A stretch of 63,724 bases of DNA, filler included, from Candidatus Desantisbacteria bacterium CG1_02_49_89 (GTDB lineage Bacteria; Desantisbacteria; UBA1551), in assembly GCA_001871075.1 (NCBI GenBank). It is 6 parts of 6 records of this genome, joined end to end, with 100 filler letters (N's around TTAATTAATTAA, not from the genome) between each part and the next. Parts side by side here need not be neighbours in the genome. Positions count along the whole stretch, not along the records: positions 1 to 13,220 come from MNUP01000122.1; 5 more parts are not named here. The stretch is one strand, 5' to 3'. Every line of letters starts with the position of its first letter. Positions within the stretch are counted from its first letter, which is position 1. Below the pieces are notes generated by a model. That model did not search any database and had not been told where the DNA came from. It saw only the letters and a program-made list of their open reading frames with translations. A program made the position numbers and the translations under genes. Of the stretch, positions 1-9,982 are shown in pieces.

Positions 1-195
1 ACTCACAGGCTTGTGCGAAAGTCCACAGTTTATAAATTCACCAGACATTTTAAGGATTTATTGAAAAATTATAGAATGAATTTGATTTCTATTCAGCGGC
101 TGCGCTCTTCTTTTATGGCTTGGATTGGTCATATTAAACATGCCAATTACAAGAATCTCTGCAAAACGGTTTTAAATAAATTTAGGACTAAATAA
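1..195 (+). CDS. C-terminal fragment of a reverse transcriptase, DGR-like (5' part outside the window)
   Basis: Frame +1 is open from base 1: THRLVRKSTVYKFTRHFK...RLRSSFMAWIGHIKHANYKNL*. This matches the recalled thumb-region pattern of DGR RTs (THRLLRKS...SWLGHAKHA). Visibly more AT-rich than neighbouring genes. The YxDD motif is not visible. Confidence 0.7.
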   Translation, partial: THRLVRKSTVYKFTRHFKDLLKNYRMNLISIQRLRSSFMAWIGHIKHANYKNLCKTVLNKFRTK

Positions 196-253
196 TTTTT
201 TAAAGAGCTGGTATTTTGTTATTTTCTAAATTAGCGAAGCTGAAGAGGATAAT

Positions 254-1657
254 ATGGAAAAGGCAGATGTTGGCTTGATAGGTTTGGCTGTTATGGGAGA
301 GAACCTTGCTCTGAACATCGAAAGCAGGGGCTGCGCCGTTTCTGTTTTCAACCGCACTGTGTCCAAGGTTGACGATTTCACGAACGGAAAAGCGAAAGGC
401 AGAAAGATAGTTGGGACGCACAGCATTGAAGAATTCGTGAATTCGCTGAAAAAACCCGGAAAAATAGTGCTGATGGTAAAGGCAGGCCAGCCGGTTGACG
501 ATTTCATAGAGCTGCTGATCCCGCTCCTGGAAAAGGGCGATATAATAATGGATTGCGGCAATTCCTTTTTTAAGGACACGATCAGGCGCGAGAAATACGC
601 TGAAGGAAAGGGTTTGCTGTATCTTGGTATAGGGGTATCAGGCGGTGAAGAAGGGGCGCTGAAAGGCCCTGCGATAATGCCGGGCGGTTCAAGAGAGGCC
701 TGGATACAGGTCAAGCCGGTACTTCAGGCCATAGCCGCTAAAGTGAAGGACGGCTCTCCGTGCTGTGACTATATCGGGGAGAACGGAGCCGGGCATTTTG
801 TCAAGATGGTGCACAACGGCATAGAATACGGGGATATGCAGCTCATCAGCGAGGCGTATTTTCTTTTGAAGGAGATGGTCGGGCTGGGTGTGAAAGAAAT
901 GCAGGAAATTTTTACGGAATGGAATAAGGGCGATCTTGATTCATACCTGGTTGAAATAACCGCTGATATTCTGGGTAAAAAGGATGAGATCACAGGCAAA
1001 CCAATGGTTGACGTTATTCTTGATTCGGCAGGGCAGAAAGGCACGGGTAAGTGGACATCGCAGTCAGCGCTTGACCTGGGAGTGCCGGCGCCCACTATCG
1101 CGGAAGCCGTGTTCGCAAGGTGCGTCAGTGCGCTGAAAGAAGAACGCGTAAAAGCATCAAAAACTTTATTGGGTCCCAAAAAAATAAGTAAATACGGTGC
1201 TTTTGTCAACAGGATAAAAGACGCCCTGTACATTTCAAAGATCTGTTCGTACGCCCAGGGATTCCAGCTTATGAAATACGCTTCAAAGGAATACGGCTGG
1301 AACCTGGATTTCGGCACTATTGCCCTGATATGGAGGAACGGCTGCATTATAAGAGCCCGGTTCCTGGATAGAATAAGGAATGCTTTCGCGGAGAAACCCG
1401 GGCTTGAGAACCTGCTGCTTGACCCGTATTTTAAGAGGATAGTCATGGGATCGCAAATGAACTGGAGGGAAGTAGTCGCGGAAGCTGCTAAAAGCGGGAT
1501 CCCGGTCCCCGGTTTCAGCTCAGCGCTTTCCTATTATGACAGTTACCGGACTGCCAGGCTGCCTGCCAATTTACTGCAGGCGCAAAGGGATTATTTCGGC
1601 GCCCACACGTATGAGCGCGTGGACAGGCCCGGTACGTTTCACACAAAATGGAAGTAA
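254..1657 (+). CDS. gnd: 6-phosphogluconate dehydrogenase, NADP-dependent, decarboxylating
   Basis: GLAVMG Rossmann motif, [34 protein letters not shown]. Confidence 0.97.
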   Translation: MEKADVGLIGLAVMGENLALNIESRGCAVSVFNRTVSKVDDFTNGKAKGRKIVGTHSIEEFVNSLKKPGKIVLMVKAGQPVDDFIELLIPLLEKGDIIMDCGNSFFKDTIRREKYAEGKGLLYLGIGVSGGEEGALKGPAIMPGGSREAWIQVKPVLQAIAAKVKDGSPCCDYIGENGAGHFVKMVHNGIEYGDMQLISEAYFLLKEMVGLGVKEMQEIFTEWNKGDLDSYLVEITADILGKKDEITGKPMVDVILDSAGQKGTGKWTSQSALDLGVPAPTIAEAVFARCVSALKEERVKASKTLLGPKKISKYGAFVNRIKDALYISKICSYAQGFQLMKYASKEYGWNLDFGTIALIWRNGCIIRARFLDRIRNAFAEKPGLENLLLDPYFKRIVMGSQMNWREVVAEAAKSGIPVPGFSSALSYYDSYRTARLPANLLQAQRDYFGAHTYERVDRPGTFHTKWK

Positions 1658-1658
1658 A

Positions 1659-1831
1659 GCGTGTCAATGTATCAACGTGTCAGCGTGTCAGAGTAAATAA
1701 GTTTACAAAGTTTACATAGTTTACAGAGTATAAATCTCAGTGAATTCAGTGCCCTCAGTGGCAAAAAGTATTAATCACCGTAATCTTTTTAATAATCACT
1801 GTAATCGTATTTAATTAAAATCACCGTAATC
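1659..1831. repeat. Mosaic intergenic region of four short tandem-repeat families (RYGTRTCA x4, AGTTTACA x3, TCAGTG nonamer x3, AATCACYGTAATC x3)
   Basis: Read directly; each family recurs elsewhere in the window. Confidence 0.85.
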
Positions 1832-1842
1832 AGGAGTTAATA

Positions 1843-2862
1843 ATGAAGATCGCAGTTGTGAATTCAGACACTTTCGGAAAATATTTCCCGGAGCATCTCG
1901 AGCGGCTTTCCAAAATAGGGAAGACAGAAAAGATCAGGGTGGACAGAGGCATAAGCGGTATGGAGCTCGCGAAAAAATTAGCGGGTTTCAATATCGTAAT
2001 AGCGAGTATCTCCCCGGTATTCAGCCCGGAATTCTTTAAAAATAACGAGGATATCATCCTGATCTCAAGGCACGGCGTGGGGTGTGACAATATAGACGGG
2101 GATTCAGCCACCGGGGCCGGGGTTGTAGTGACAAAAGTTCCGGGCAATTTTGAGGAGGACAGCGTTGCGGAGCACGCGGTTGCGCTCCTGTTTGACGTTG
2201 CCAGGAAAATATGCCCGGCAGCCAGCGCTGTCAAGAACGGTAAGTGGTCTGACAGGGCAAAATTCCTGGGGATCGAGATCACCGGAAAGAAGGTCGGCAT
2301 AATAGGGCTGGGCGAAATAGGGACAAGGTTTGCCGAAATTATGAAAAAGGGGTTCGGAACTGAAATACTCGCTTATGACCCGAAGCTCGGGCCCGAAGAG
2401 ATCAGGAAAAGGGGCGCTGAACCCGTGTACCTTGAGCAGCTCGTGAAGGAAGCGGATATAATATCTCTCCACTGCCCGCTGACAGATGAGACGCGCGGCA
2501 TTCTTGGCGAGAAAGAGTTCGCGGGGATGAAGCAGGGCGTGATAATTATAAACACCGCGAGAGGCGGGCTTATAGATGAAAAAGCTCTCGCGAAATATCT
2601 GGGCAGCGGTAAAGTAAGCGGAGCGGGTCTGGACGTCGTGGAGAACGAGCCTGCTGATGCGAAGCACCCTTTGCTGAAATACGAGAACGTCGTGCTGGTC
2701 CCCCATATCGCCGCCTATACCGTGGAGTCTTTGAAAAAAATGGGTGATAAGGTTGTGGAGGACGCGGAGAAAGCGGCGCGGAAGGAAATACCGGACGGGG
2801 TGGTCAATACCGACGTTCTGAACAGGAACGGCCTGCGCATCAGAAATACAGTTGAAAGTTAA
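1843..2862 (+). CDS. D-isomer-specific 2-hydroxyacid dehydrogenase
   Basis: GIIGLGEIG, SLHCPLT, INTARGG, GLDV...EP, PHIAAYT motifs. Confidence 0.92.
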   Translation: MKIAVVNSDTFGKYFPEHLERLSKIGKTEKIRVDRGISGMELAKKLAGFNIVIASISPVFSPEFFKNNEDIILISRHGVGCDNIDGDSATGAGVVVTKVPGNFEEDSVAEHAVALLFDVARKICPAASAVKNGKWSDRAKFLGIEITGKKVGIIGLGEIGTRFAEIMKKGFGTEILAYDPKLGPEEIRKRGAEPVYLEQLVKEADIISLHCPLTDETRGILGEKEFAGMKQGVIIINTARGGLIDEKALAKYLGSGKVSGAGLDVVENEPADAKHPLLKYENVVLVPHIAAYTVESLKKMGDKVVEDAEKAARKEIPDGVVNTDVLNRNGLRIRNTVES

Positions 2863-2936
2863 ACGTTGAAAGTTGAAGGCTTTTTTATAAAAATTCCTTA
2901 TGCCTTTGATTCATAATTCATAATTGTTTTATCGGA

Positions 2937-4406
2937 ATGTCTATGGATCATGGATTGATCTTAGTAGCTGATATCGGGACCACAAACCTGAAAGCTGGAG
3001 TTGTTGACGCGAAAGGCAGGGTCCTTTCTTATGCCGAGAAAGGTATAACCCTTCTCAGCCCTGAGAAGGGCGCCGCAGAGCACGATCCCGGCGAGATATA
3101 TTCCATTTTCAGGAGTGTTTGCCGTAAGGCGGTTTCAGGCTTCGGAAAAAACATTTCAGCAATCGCTCTTTCAGCTTACCAGTGCGGTTTCCTGCCGGTT
3201 GATCCGAAAATGAAGCCCCTGGGCAGGATGATCACCCTTCTTGACACCCGGTGCGAAAAAGAATCGGAAGAAATAAAAAAGCGTTTTGACACGGGCAGAA
3301 TCTACCGGACAACCGGGTGCCCGCCTTTTTTTATCTACGCCCTGCCGAAAATATTGTGGCTGAAGAAAAACAAGCCCGGTGTGTTCAGGAAAACAAGGTA
3401 TTTCCTGGGTTCCAAGGATTATGTGATATACCGCCTTACGGGAAAAATATGTACAGAACCGAGTCTTGCTTCCGCGACGCAGCTTTTTGACATACACAAG
3501 CTTGACTGGAGCGATTATATGCTTAGCATCGCCGGGATAAAAAAATCCTCGCTCCCGGAGGTAGTGCGCGGAGACAAAGTATTATGCGGTATTCCTGAAG
3601 CGGCAGGCAGGGAGATAGGGCTGAAAAGGGAAGCCCTGCTCATTCCCGGAGTTTATGACGGCGGCTCGGTCGCGCTGGGCCTTGGCGGGTTTGAGGGCGG
3701 CGCCGCGGTAATGAACCTTGGCACAACCGCCATGCTGCGGGTTTCATGCGCAAAGCCGATCCTGGACAGGCAGATGAGGTTCCAGACTTATTATCTGTGT
3801 GCCGGCAGGTGGCTGACAGGCGGCGCCATAAATAACGCGGGGATCGTGCTGAACTGGCTTGGCAAAAACCTGCTGGGAATGCCGTATGAAAAAATGCTTT
3901 CGCTCGCCGCGAAATCTCCGGCCGGTTCTGACGGACTTGTTTTCCTGCCTTTTTTGGCAGGCGAAAGAGACCCCAGGATAGGAAGTTCCGCTTCAGGAGC
4001 TGTCTTCGGGCTCAAACTTTCGCACAACGTTTCGCACCTTATACGCTCATCGCTTGAAGGGGTTTCCTGCTCCCTGCGGCTTATAAAAGAGGCGCTTGAT
4101 GAAGACAGGGTCAAACTGAAGGAATTGAGGATAGGTGGAGGGGGCGCGAGGTCAGGGTTGTGGGTGAAGATCATAGGGGAAATGCTGGACCTTCCTGCAA
4201 GGCTGTCAAAGTCAAGCCAGGTTTCTCTTCTTGGGGGAGCTGTCATCGGCTACACCGCTCTGGGCAGGTATAAAAGCATAAAAGAAGCCGCAGGCGCGAT
4301 CGTAAAGCTGGAAAAGCCGCCGGTATATCCGGCGCCCGGGAACGTCAGGACCTACGACAAAGTGTTCAGCCGCTTCTCTAATTTGATTAAAGGATTAATA
4401 GATTAA
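2937..4406 (+). CDS. FGGY-family sugar kinase, probably gluconokinase
   Basis: DIGTTNLKA, PKILWLK, FLPFLAGER, GGGARS; co-transcribed with gnd. Confidence 0.85.
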   Translation: MSMDHGLILVADIGTTNLKAGVVDAKGRVLSYAEKGITLLSPEKGAAEHDPGEIYSIFRSVCRKAVSGFGKNISAIALSAYQCGFLPVDPKMKPLGRMITLLDTRCEKESEEIKKRFDTGRIYRTTGCPPFFIYALPKILWLKKNKPGVFRKTRYFLGSKDYVIYRLTGKICTEPSLASATQLFDIHKLDWSDYMLSIAGIKKSSLPEVVRGDKVLCGIPEAAGREIGLKREALLIPGVYDGGSVALGLGGFEGGAAVMNLGTTAMLRVSCAKPILDRQMRFQTYYLCAGRWLTGGAINNAGIVLNWLGKNLLGMPYEKMLSLAAKSPAGSDGLVFLPFLAGERDPRIGSSASGAVFGLKLSHNVSHLIRSSLEGVSCSLRLIKEALDEDRVKLKELRIGGGGARSGLWVKIIGEMLDLPARLSKSSQVSLLGGAVIGYTALGRYKSIKEAAGAIVKLEKPPVYPAPGNVRTYDKVFSRFSNLIKGLID

Positions 4407-4586
4407 AGGATTAATGGTTCCTGGGATTAATGTAGTTTACAAAGTTTATATAGTTTATAAGTTTACAAAGTCTAAAATTCGTGAGAATTCGTGCCGTAGG
4501 GTCATCGACCCCGTTCTGACCCGTAGGCCCCAGCGTTATGGTTTCGTAGAAACCCGCAGGGACTAATTCGTGGTTAAAGAGGTTGT

Positions 4587-5906
4587 ATGGATGTTTCAAA
4601 GGAAATGAAGATTACGGGTGTGATTGACGAAAATGAAAAACTGACCGTAGCCACCACGGGCGCGAAATACGTTTTCCTGAAAACCGGGGAAAAAGGCAGG
4701 ATACTTTGTTACCAGCTTATTAACATCGTTAACGGCGAACGCCTCAACGCGGTGATCATTTTTCCGTTCTCTTTCCTAAGCCTTACGCTGGAAAAGAAAG
4801 GCGCGGATTACTGTGTCCTGCACCAGGGTTTCAGCGGCGAGTTCTTCGTTAGGTTCCAGGTGAACGGCGATTCGGTGCTGGATCTTTATACGCCCCTGGA
4901 ACTGAACATAGGATTCGATATCGAGCTGTCCCCGGCGTACTCCGCCGAGAAAGACGGCAACGCGATATTCATAGACGATAAGGGCGGTTTTGGCATATAT
5001 CCCTGCCGCGGGTATGCGAGATCGGAAAAGAAGGTCCTGGATAACGGTAATATAAGGATGGAATACGCGTCCGGCAGGCCGTGCAGGTTCCTCGTATCGA
5101 TTTTCCCGCCCAGGAAATTCCAGGAGGAACGCTATTATAAGGAAAACATAGCGCATTTCGGCGTGAACCCGCCGTGGACCTTTTATCCTTACCCTTCGGA
5201 TGAAATGATTGAAGGAGTGTCCGCTCACGCTAACCTGTTAGTTCTTCACGCGCAAATATGGCAGGGGAAACTGCAGAGGAACGGCATTGAGCCAAAGAGC
5301 ACCCCCGAGCTTCTTTCCAACGCTTCTTTTTCCAGTTTTGACCACGTGCCCGTTTCGGAAAAGGAACTTGCGCGGGTCGTGAGGAAGTGCCGCTCGCTCA
5401 AAATGAAAGTTATACCGTACCTGAGCCCGACGTTCTCAACAGCTTTCGGTGAAGACTTCCTCGCGCAGGTCAGGAAAATGCTGGACAAATACGGCATGGA
5501 CGGGGTTTATCTGGACGGGTTCTCGTTCGACCTGCTGTACGGCTACCGGCTCATCAGGGACATAAGGCGCATCCTAGGGGACAGGATACTTTACCTTCAT
5601 GCCACCTGCGAGCCGTTCTGGGACGCGCGCGTTTGGTGCCCGTTCATTTACGCGTATGCGGATTACTCTCTGAGGGCGGAGATGCAGGGCGATTTTGACG
5701 ACAACTACCTGCGGTATGGCATATCGGGGTACAACACCAGCAATTCCATCCACTATACCTGCACCTGCTACTACAAGCCGGATTTCGTAAGGAAAATACT
5801 GGGCAAAGCCCTGGAATACAGGGTTAAGTTTTATCTTGCACTGCCGCAGGGCGAGATCGAGGAAATACTCAAATCCGAATATTTCCCCAAGCTGAAACAA
5901 AAATAA
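4587..5906 (+). CDS. Hypothetical protein with probable glycoside-hydrolase-like TIM barrel
   Basis: 439-aa ORF inside the sugar operon; KVIPY...YGMDGVYLDG pattern. Confidence 0.55.
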   Translation: MDVSKEMKITGVIDENEKLTVATTGAKYVFLKTGEKGRILCYQLINIVNGERLNAVIIFPFSFLSLTLEKKGADYCVLHQGFSGEFFVRFQVNGDSVLDLYTPLELNIGFDIELSPAYSAEKDGNAIFIDDKGGFGIYPCRGYARSEKKVLDNGNIRMEYASGRPCRFLVSIFPPRKFQEERYYKENIAHFGVNPPWTFYPYPSDEMIEGVSAHANLLVLHAQIWQGKLQRNGIEPKSTPELLSNASFSSFDHVPVSEKELARVVRKCRSLKMKVIPYLSPTFSTAFGEDFLAQVRKMLDKYGMDGVYLDGFSFDLLYGYRLIRDIRRILGDRILYLHATCEPFWDARVWCPFIYAYADYSLRAEMQGDFDDNYLRYGISGYNTSNSIHYTCTCYYKPDFVRKILGKALEYRVKFYLALPQGEIEEILKSEYFPKLKQK

Positions 5907-6187
5907 ACCCCCTGCAGTCCCGATATAGTATCCCCCCGAGCCCCTTCGGGGCTAAAAGGGGGGACCTACGAACCAGAACGTGGCTGATGGCTCTTCGGCA
6001 CAGGGACCTTCGCCCGCCAATAATCGTGGCGGGCTACGGCACAGAGAACACAGAGAAATGCATTTAACCACGGATTAACACAGATTTTCACAGATTGATT
6101 TTTTACTTGACACTTGATACTTGACTCTTGACACTGAAAAATCACCGTAATCTGTTTTGAAATCACTGTAATCACAAGGAGGTAATA

Positions 6188-7330
6188 GTGGAAAAGGTTC
6201 GTATTGGTGTTATCGGGTGCGGGGGGATGGGGCAGGCGCATATCAAAAGCATTAAGGAGCTTCCGGAAGCGGAGCTTGCGGCTGTATGCGACGTGGATGC
6301 GAAAGTGCTGGACGGTTTAACGAAGGCAAACAACGTAAAGGGCTTCGCTGATTCAAAAGAGCTGACCGGCAGCGGGCTGGTGGATGCGGTTGTTATTGCC
6401 ACCCCGCATTATTTCCACCCGACGATAGCCGTAGACGCGTTCGAGAAAGGCCTGCACGTTCTTTCAGAGAAACCTATATCAGTAACAGTAAGCGCCGCGG
6501 ACATCATGCTCAGGGCGGCAAAAAAGAGCGGAAAGGTTTTCGCGGTTATGTACCAGCAAAGAACCCTTCCCGCGATACGGCTTGCCAGGCAGATAATCAG
6601 GAGCGGGAAGCTGGGCAAGATCATCCGGACCATGATGGTGGAGCCGAACTACCGCTGCCAGGCGTATTATAACAGCTCGGGATGGAGGGCGACCTGGACC
6701 GGTGAGGGCGGAGGAGTGCTTATAAACCAGGCGCCGCACGGCATTGACCTTTTTATGCTCCTGGGCGGGATGCCTGTCAGGGTGAACGCGAGGGTAAGGA
6801 CGAAGATCCACGACATAGAGGTAGAAGACGAAGCTTCGGCGATGCTCGAATATGAGAACGGGACCTGGGGTTACTATTATACTTCAACATGCGAGATGCC
6901 GGCTTCCACGAGGATGGAGATCTCGGGTGACAGGGGGAAGCTGGTTTACGTTGACGGTGAGCTCAAGCTGTATATGCTGAATCCCCCGGTTTCAGACCAT
7001 AATAAAGAAACCAAAGAAATGTGGTCTTTCCCGCAGGTGCAGGAAGAGCAGCTTGAGCTTCCCAAGGCGGAAACGGGGCACAAGGAGATCCTCAGGAATT
7101 TCTGCGCCGCTATTCTTCGTAAAGAGGAGCTGATATCCCCGGGTGAAGACGGGATGAAGGCAGTGGAATTCATTAACGCGGTCTGCCTTTCCGGAAGGAT
7201 GGGAAAGCCGGTTGACATTCCGGTTGACCGCAGACAGTATGACATGCTCCTGGACAAGCTGAGAAGGAACTCAAAGGAAAAGAAAGAAGCGGTGAAAACC
7301 GAACGCGTCACCGATCCCAGATTCAAATAA
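6188..7330 (+). CDS. Gfo/Idh/MocA family oxidoreductase
   Basis: GVIGCGGMG, ATPHYFH, EKP, GGGVLINQAPHGID; AGGAGG RBS before GTG. Confidence 0.93.
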   Translation: MEKVRIGVIGCGGMGQAHIKSIKELPEAELAAVCDVDAKVLDGLTKANNVKGFADSKELTGSGLVDAVVIATPHYFHPTIAVDAFEKGLHVLSEKPISVTVSAADIMLRAAKKSGKVFAVMYQQRTLPAIRLARQIIRSGKLGKIIRTMMVEPNYRCQAYYNSSGWRATWTGEGGGVLINQAPHGIDLFMLLGGMPVRVNARVRTKIHDIEVEDEASAMLEYENGTWGYYYTSTCEMPASTRMEISGDRGKLVYVDGELKLYMLNPPVSDHNKETKEMWSFPQVQEEQLELPKAETGHKEILRNFCAAILRKEELISPGEDGMKAVEFINAVCLSGRMGKPVDIPVDRRQYDMLLDKLRRNSKEKKEAVKTERVTDPRFK

Positions 7331-7517
7331 TACCACGGAGGCAATTAGAAACGGAGGAGTTCTTGGTTTAAAACCCATAAAACATAACTGCCTTTGTAAC
7401 CACGGATTAACACGGATTTTCACAGATTCATACTCTGTGAACTACTTTGGGCTGTTTTCTATAAACTTAAAATAATCACCGTAATCTCTTTTGAAATCAC
7501 TGTAATCAGGAGGAACT

Positions 7518-8351
7518 ATGTTTCTAAGCGGGATCGCGGACGAGGCGGCCGACAGCATTGACGGGCAGATAGCCGCGCATAAAGAGCTGGGCTGGGACCA
7601 TATAGAGATACGGAATATTGGCAGGAAAAACCTTACGGACGTTGATGACGCGGTTTTCGACGCCGTGGAGAAGAAACTCGGTGAGGCGAAAATGAAGGTA
7701 GTGTGCTTTGCGAGCCAGATCGCCAACTGGTCCCGCAAGATCACCGGCGATTTCAGCGTTGACGTTGAGGAGCTGAAGCGCGCGATCCCCAGGATGAAGC
7801 GGCTGGGCACCAGGTATATAAGGATAATGAGTTATCCGAACGATAACTGCACGGACGCATTCTGGAGGAAAGAGGTTATAAAGAGAATAAAGGAGCTGGT
7901 GAGGATCGCTGAAGACGGCGGCGTGGTGCTCGCGCATGAAAACTGTTCCGGCTGGGGCGGGCTGAACGCGGAAGAAGCTCTTGACCTTACCGAATCCGTG
8001 AATTCCCCGGCTTTCAAATGGATCCTTGACACAGGTAATAAGCCGCACAGGAGCGGAACTATTTACGACATTTATAAAAAAGTCCGCGGGTACGTTGAGC
8101 ACGTCCACATCAAGGATTACAAGGGAGAAAAGGGCGACCAGTTCGTTTTTCCCGGAGAAGGCGAGGGAGAGGTGAAGAAGATACTGAAAGAACTTATAGC
8201 TTCCGGTTACAACGGCGGTTTTTCGATCGAGCCGCACATGGCGGCTGTTGCGCATACAGGTAAGGAAGCAGAGGACAAGATGGCCGCGTATAAGCTTTAT
8301 ATTGAATACGGCAGGCGCGCGGAGAAGCTGCTGAAAGAAATCAGTTTATAA
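7518..8351 (+). CDS. Sugar phosphate isomerase/epimerase (AP endonuclease 2 TIM barrel)
   Basis: LAHEN, DTGN, HVHIKD, SIEPH metal-ligand motifs. Confidence 0.88.
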   Translation: MFLSGIADEAADSIDGQIAAHKELGWDHIEIRNIGRKNLTDVDDAVFDAVEKKLGEAKMKVVCFASQIANWSRKITGDFSVDVEELKRAIPRMKRLGTRYIRIMSYPNDNCTDAFWRKEVIKRIKELVRIAEDGGVVLAHENCSGWGGLNAEEALDLTESVNSPAFKWILDTGNKPHRSGTIYDIYKKVRGYVEHVHIKDYKGEKGDQFVFPGEGEGEVKKILKELIASGYNGGFSIEPHMAAVAHTGKEAEDKMAAYKLYIEYGRRAEKLLKEISL

Positions 8352-8510
8352 AGTTTACACAGTTTACAGAGTTTACAAAGGGTAGGCGCAACCTTCAGGT
8401 TGCGTTTGTAGCGGTGCGACGTTTCGTCGCACAGTTATAACTGTTGTATTTATCCGGAAAATTTTTTAATTTCTCTCCCTTGATGGGAGAGGAAGAAGGT
8501 GAGGGTGAAG

Positions 8511-9704
8511 ATGCCTGATATAAAATCATATGGGATTAAGGGTGATGGAAAAACGGATGATACTTCCGCGATCCAGAAAATGCTGGACGAAACAGGGAAA
8601 AAAGGCGGGGTGGTGCGGCTTCCCGCGGGTATGTATCTTGTGGGCGGCAGTTTGAAAATACCTGCTGGAGTGGCATTGACCGGAGCCGCGCAGGCGCCGC
8701 TGTATATCGAGCCGCTCATCGGGACCGTGATACTGGCAACAGGCGGCAGGGGAAAAGAAGACGGTCCTGCGGTTTTTGAAATGGGCGATTCAGCAACTGT
8801 CCAGGGCCTGACGGTATTTTATCCGGAGCAGAAAGTAGACGACATAGTTCCGTACCCCTGGACATTCCACATGTTCGGCGGTGATAATACGGTTGAAAAC
8901 GTTACCCTGATAAACAGCTACAACGGTATTATTGTAGGGCCGGAGTCAAACGTGCGCCACAGGATAAGAAGCGTGTGCGGCTGCGTGCTGCGCCGCGGCC
9001 TTTTTGTTGATACCTGTTCGGACATCGGCAGGACAGAGAACGTGCAGTGGCACTGTCACTGGTGGTCTTCTAAAAAGGTAGGCGGAGACTGGAATTCTGT
9101 CTATGAGTATATGTGGAAGAACTGCGAGGGATTCATTTTCGCGCGCACTGACTGGGAATACGTCACCAACACCTTCATTTTTCCCGTAAATATCGGGTAC
9201 CACTTCATAGAAACGAAGAGCGGCGCGATGAACGGCCAGTTATGCGGTATAGGCGCGGATGCGGCGCAGAAGTGCATTGTCGTGGACCAGATCCAGTATA
9301 TGGGACTTTTGATCACAAATGGCCAATTTGTTGCTTTTTACGGGGACGACCCGATCGAGATAGTCATAAATTCCACTTGTACCGGTTCTGTGCGGCTTGT
9401 GAACTGCGCTTTCTGGGGCCCGGCGAACCAGTGCGTTGTTTCCCACAGCAAGAGCTTCGTCTCGCTTAATGACTGCTTTTTTTCAAGCGGGAAAGAGAAA
9501 CATCCGGGCAGAGCCCTTGTTGAAGCTGACGGGGGCAAGCTGCAGATACGGGGATGCAGTTTCGCAAGCCCTGAGCCCTGCATAGATCTTAAAAAAGGCG
9601 TTCAGCATGCGATCATCACGGAAAACAACGGCGTGAATGGTGTCAGCATCCGCAGCGACATCGGCGGGAACGCTATCATAGCAAATAACGAAAATAGCCA
9701 CTGA
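8511..9704 (+). CDS. Pectate-lyase-3/GH28-like right-handed beta-helix protein, no signal peptide
   Basis: YGIKGDGKTDDTSAIQ...GGVVRLPAGMY N-terminal motif. Confidence 0.8.
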   Translation: MPDIKSYGIKGDGKTDDTSAIQKMLDETGKKGGVVRLPAGMYLVGGSLKIPAGVALTGAAQAPLYIEPLIGTVILATGGRGKEDGPAVFEMGDSATVQGLTVFYPEQKVDDIVPYPWTFHMFGGDNTVENVTLINSYNGIIVGPESNVRHRIRSVCGCVLRRGLFVDTCSDIGRTENVQWHCHWWSSKKVGGDWNSVYEYMWKNCEGFIFARTDWEYVTNTFIFPVNIGYHFIETKSGAMNGQLCGIGADAAQKCIVVDQIQYMGLLITNGQFVAFYGDDPIEIVINSTCTGSVRLVNCAFWGPANQCVVSHSKSFVSLNDCFFSSGKEKHPGRALVEADGGKLQIRGCSFASPEPCIDLKKGVQHAIITENNGVNGVSIRSDIGGNAIIANNENSH

Positions 9705-9982
9705 GTTCCCCTGCAGCTGCTACGCAGCTCAACGCAGGGACCTTTGGGCCAGAGCCAAGCTAATGACCCTACGGCACTGAATTCACTGAGTTTTAACCAC
9801 GAATTCTCACGAATTGTTTGCTTCGCAACATTCTTTGTGGGCTACGTCGATAAACGACGAATTGCACGAATTTTTAACCTTTTTAACTTTTAACCCTTTT
9901 AACCTCTTTAACTAACGTGGACTATTAATAATCACCGTAATCATCAGTTAATAATCACTGTAATCACAAAGGGGAGGAATGC

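Noticed and set aside
1659-1831. Repeat-rich spacers as CRISPR arrays
   Set aside because: Units are 6-13 nt and degenerate, with no constant repeat-spacer period and no cas genes.
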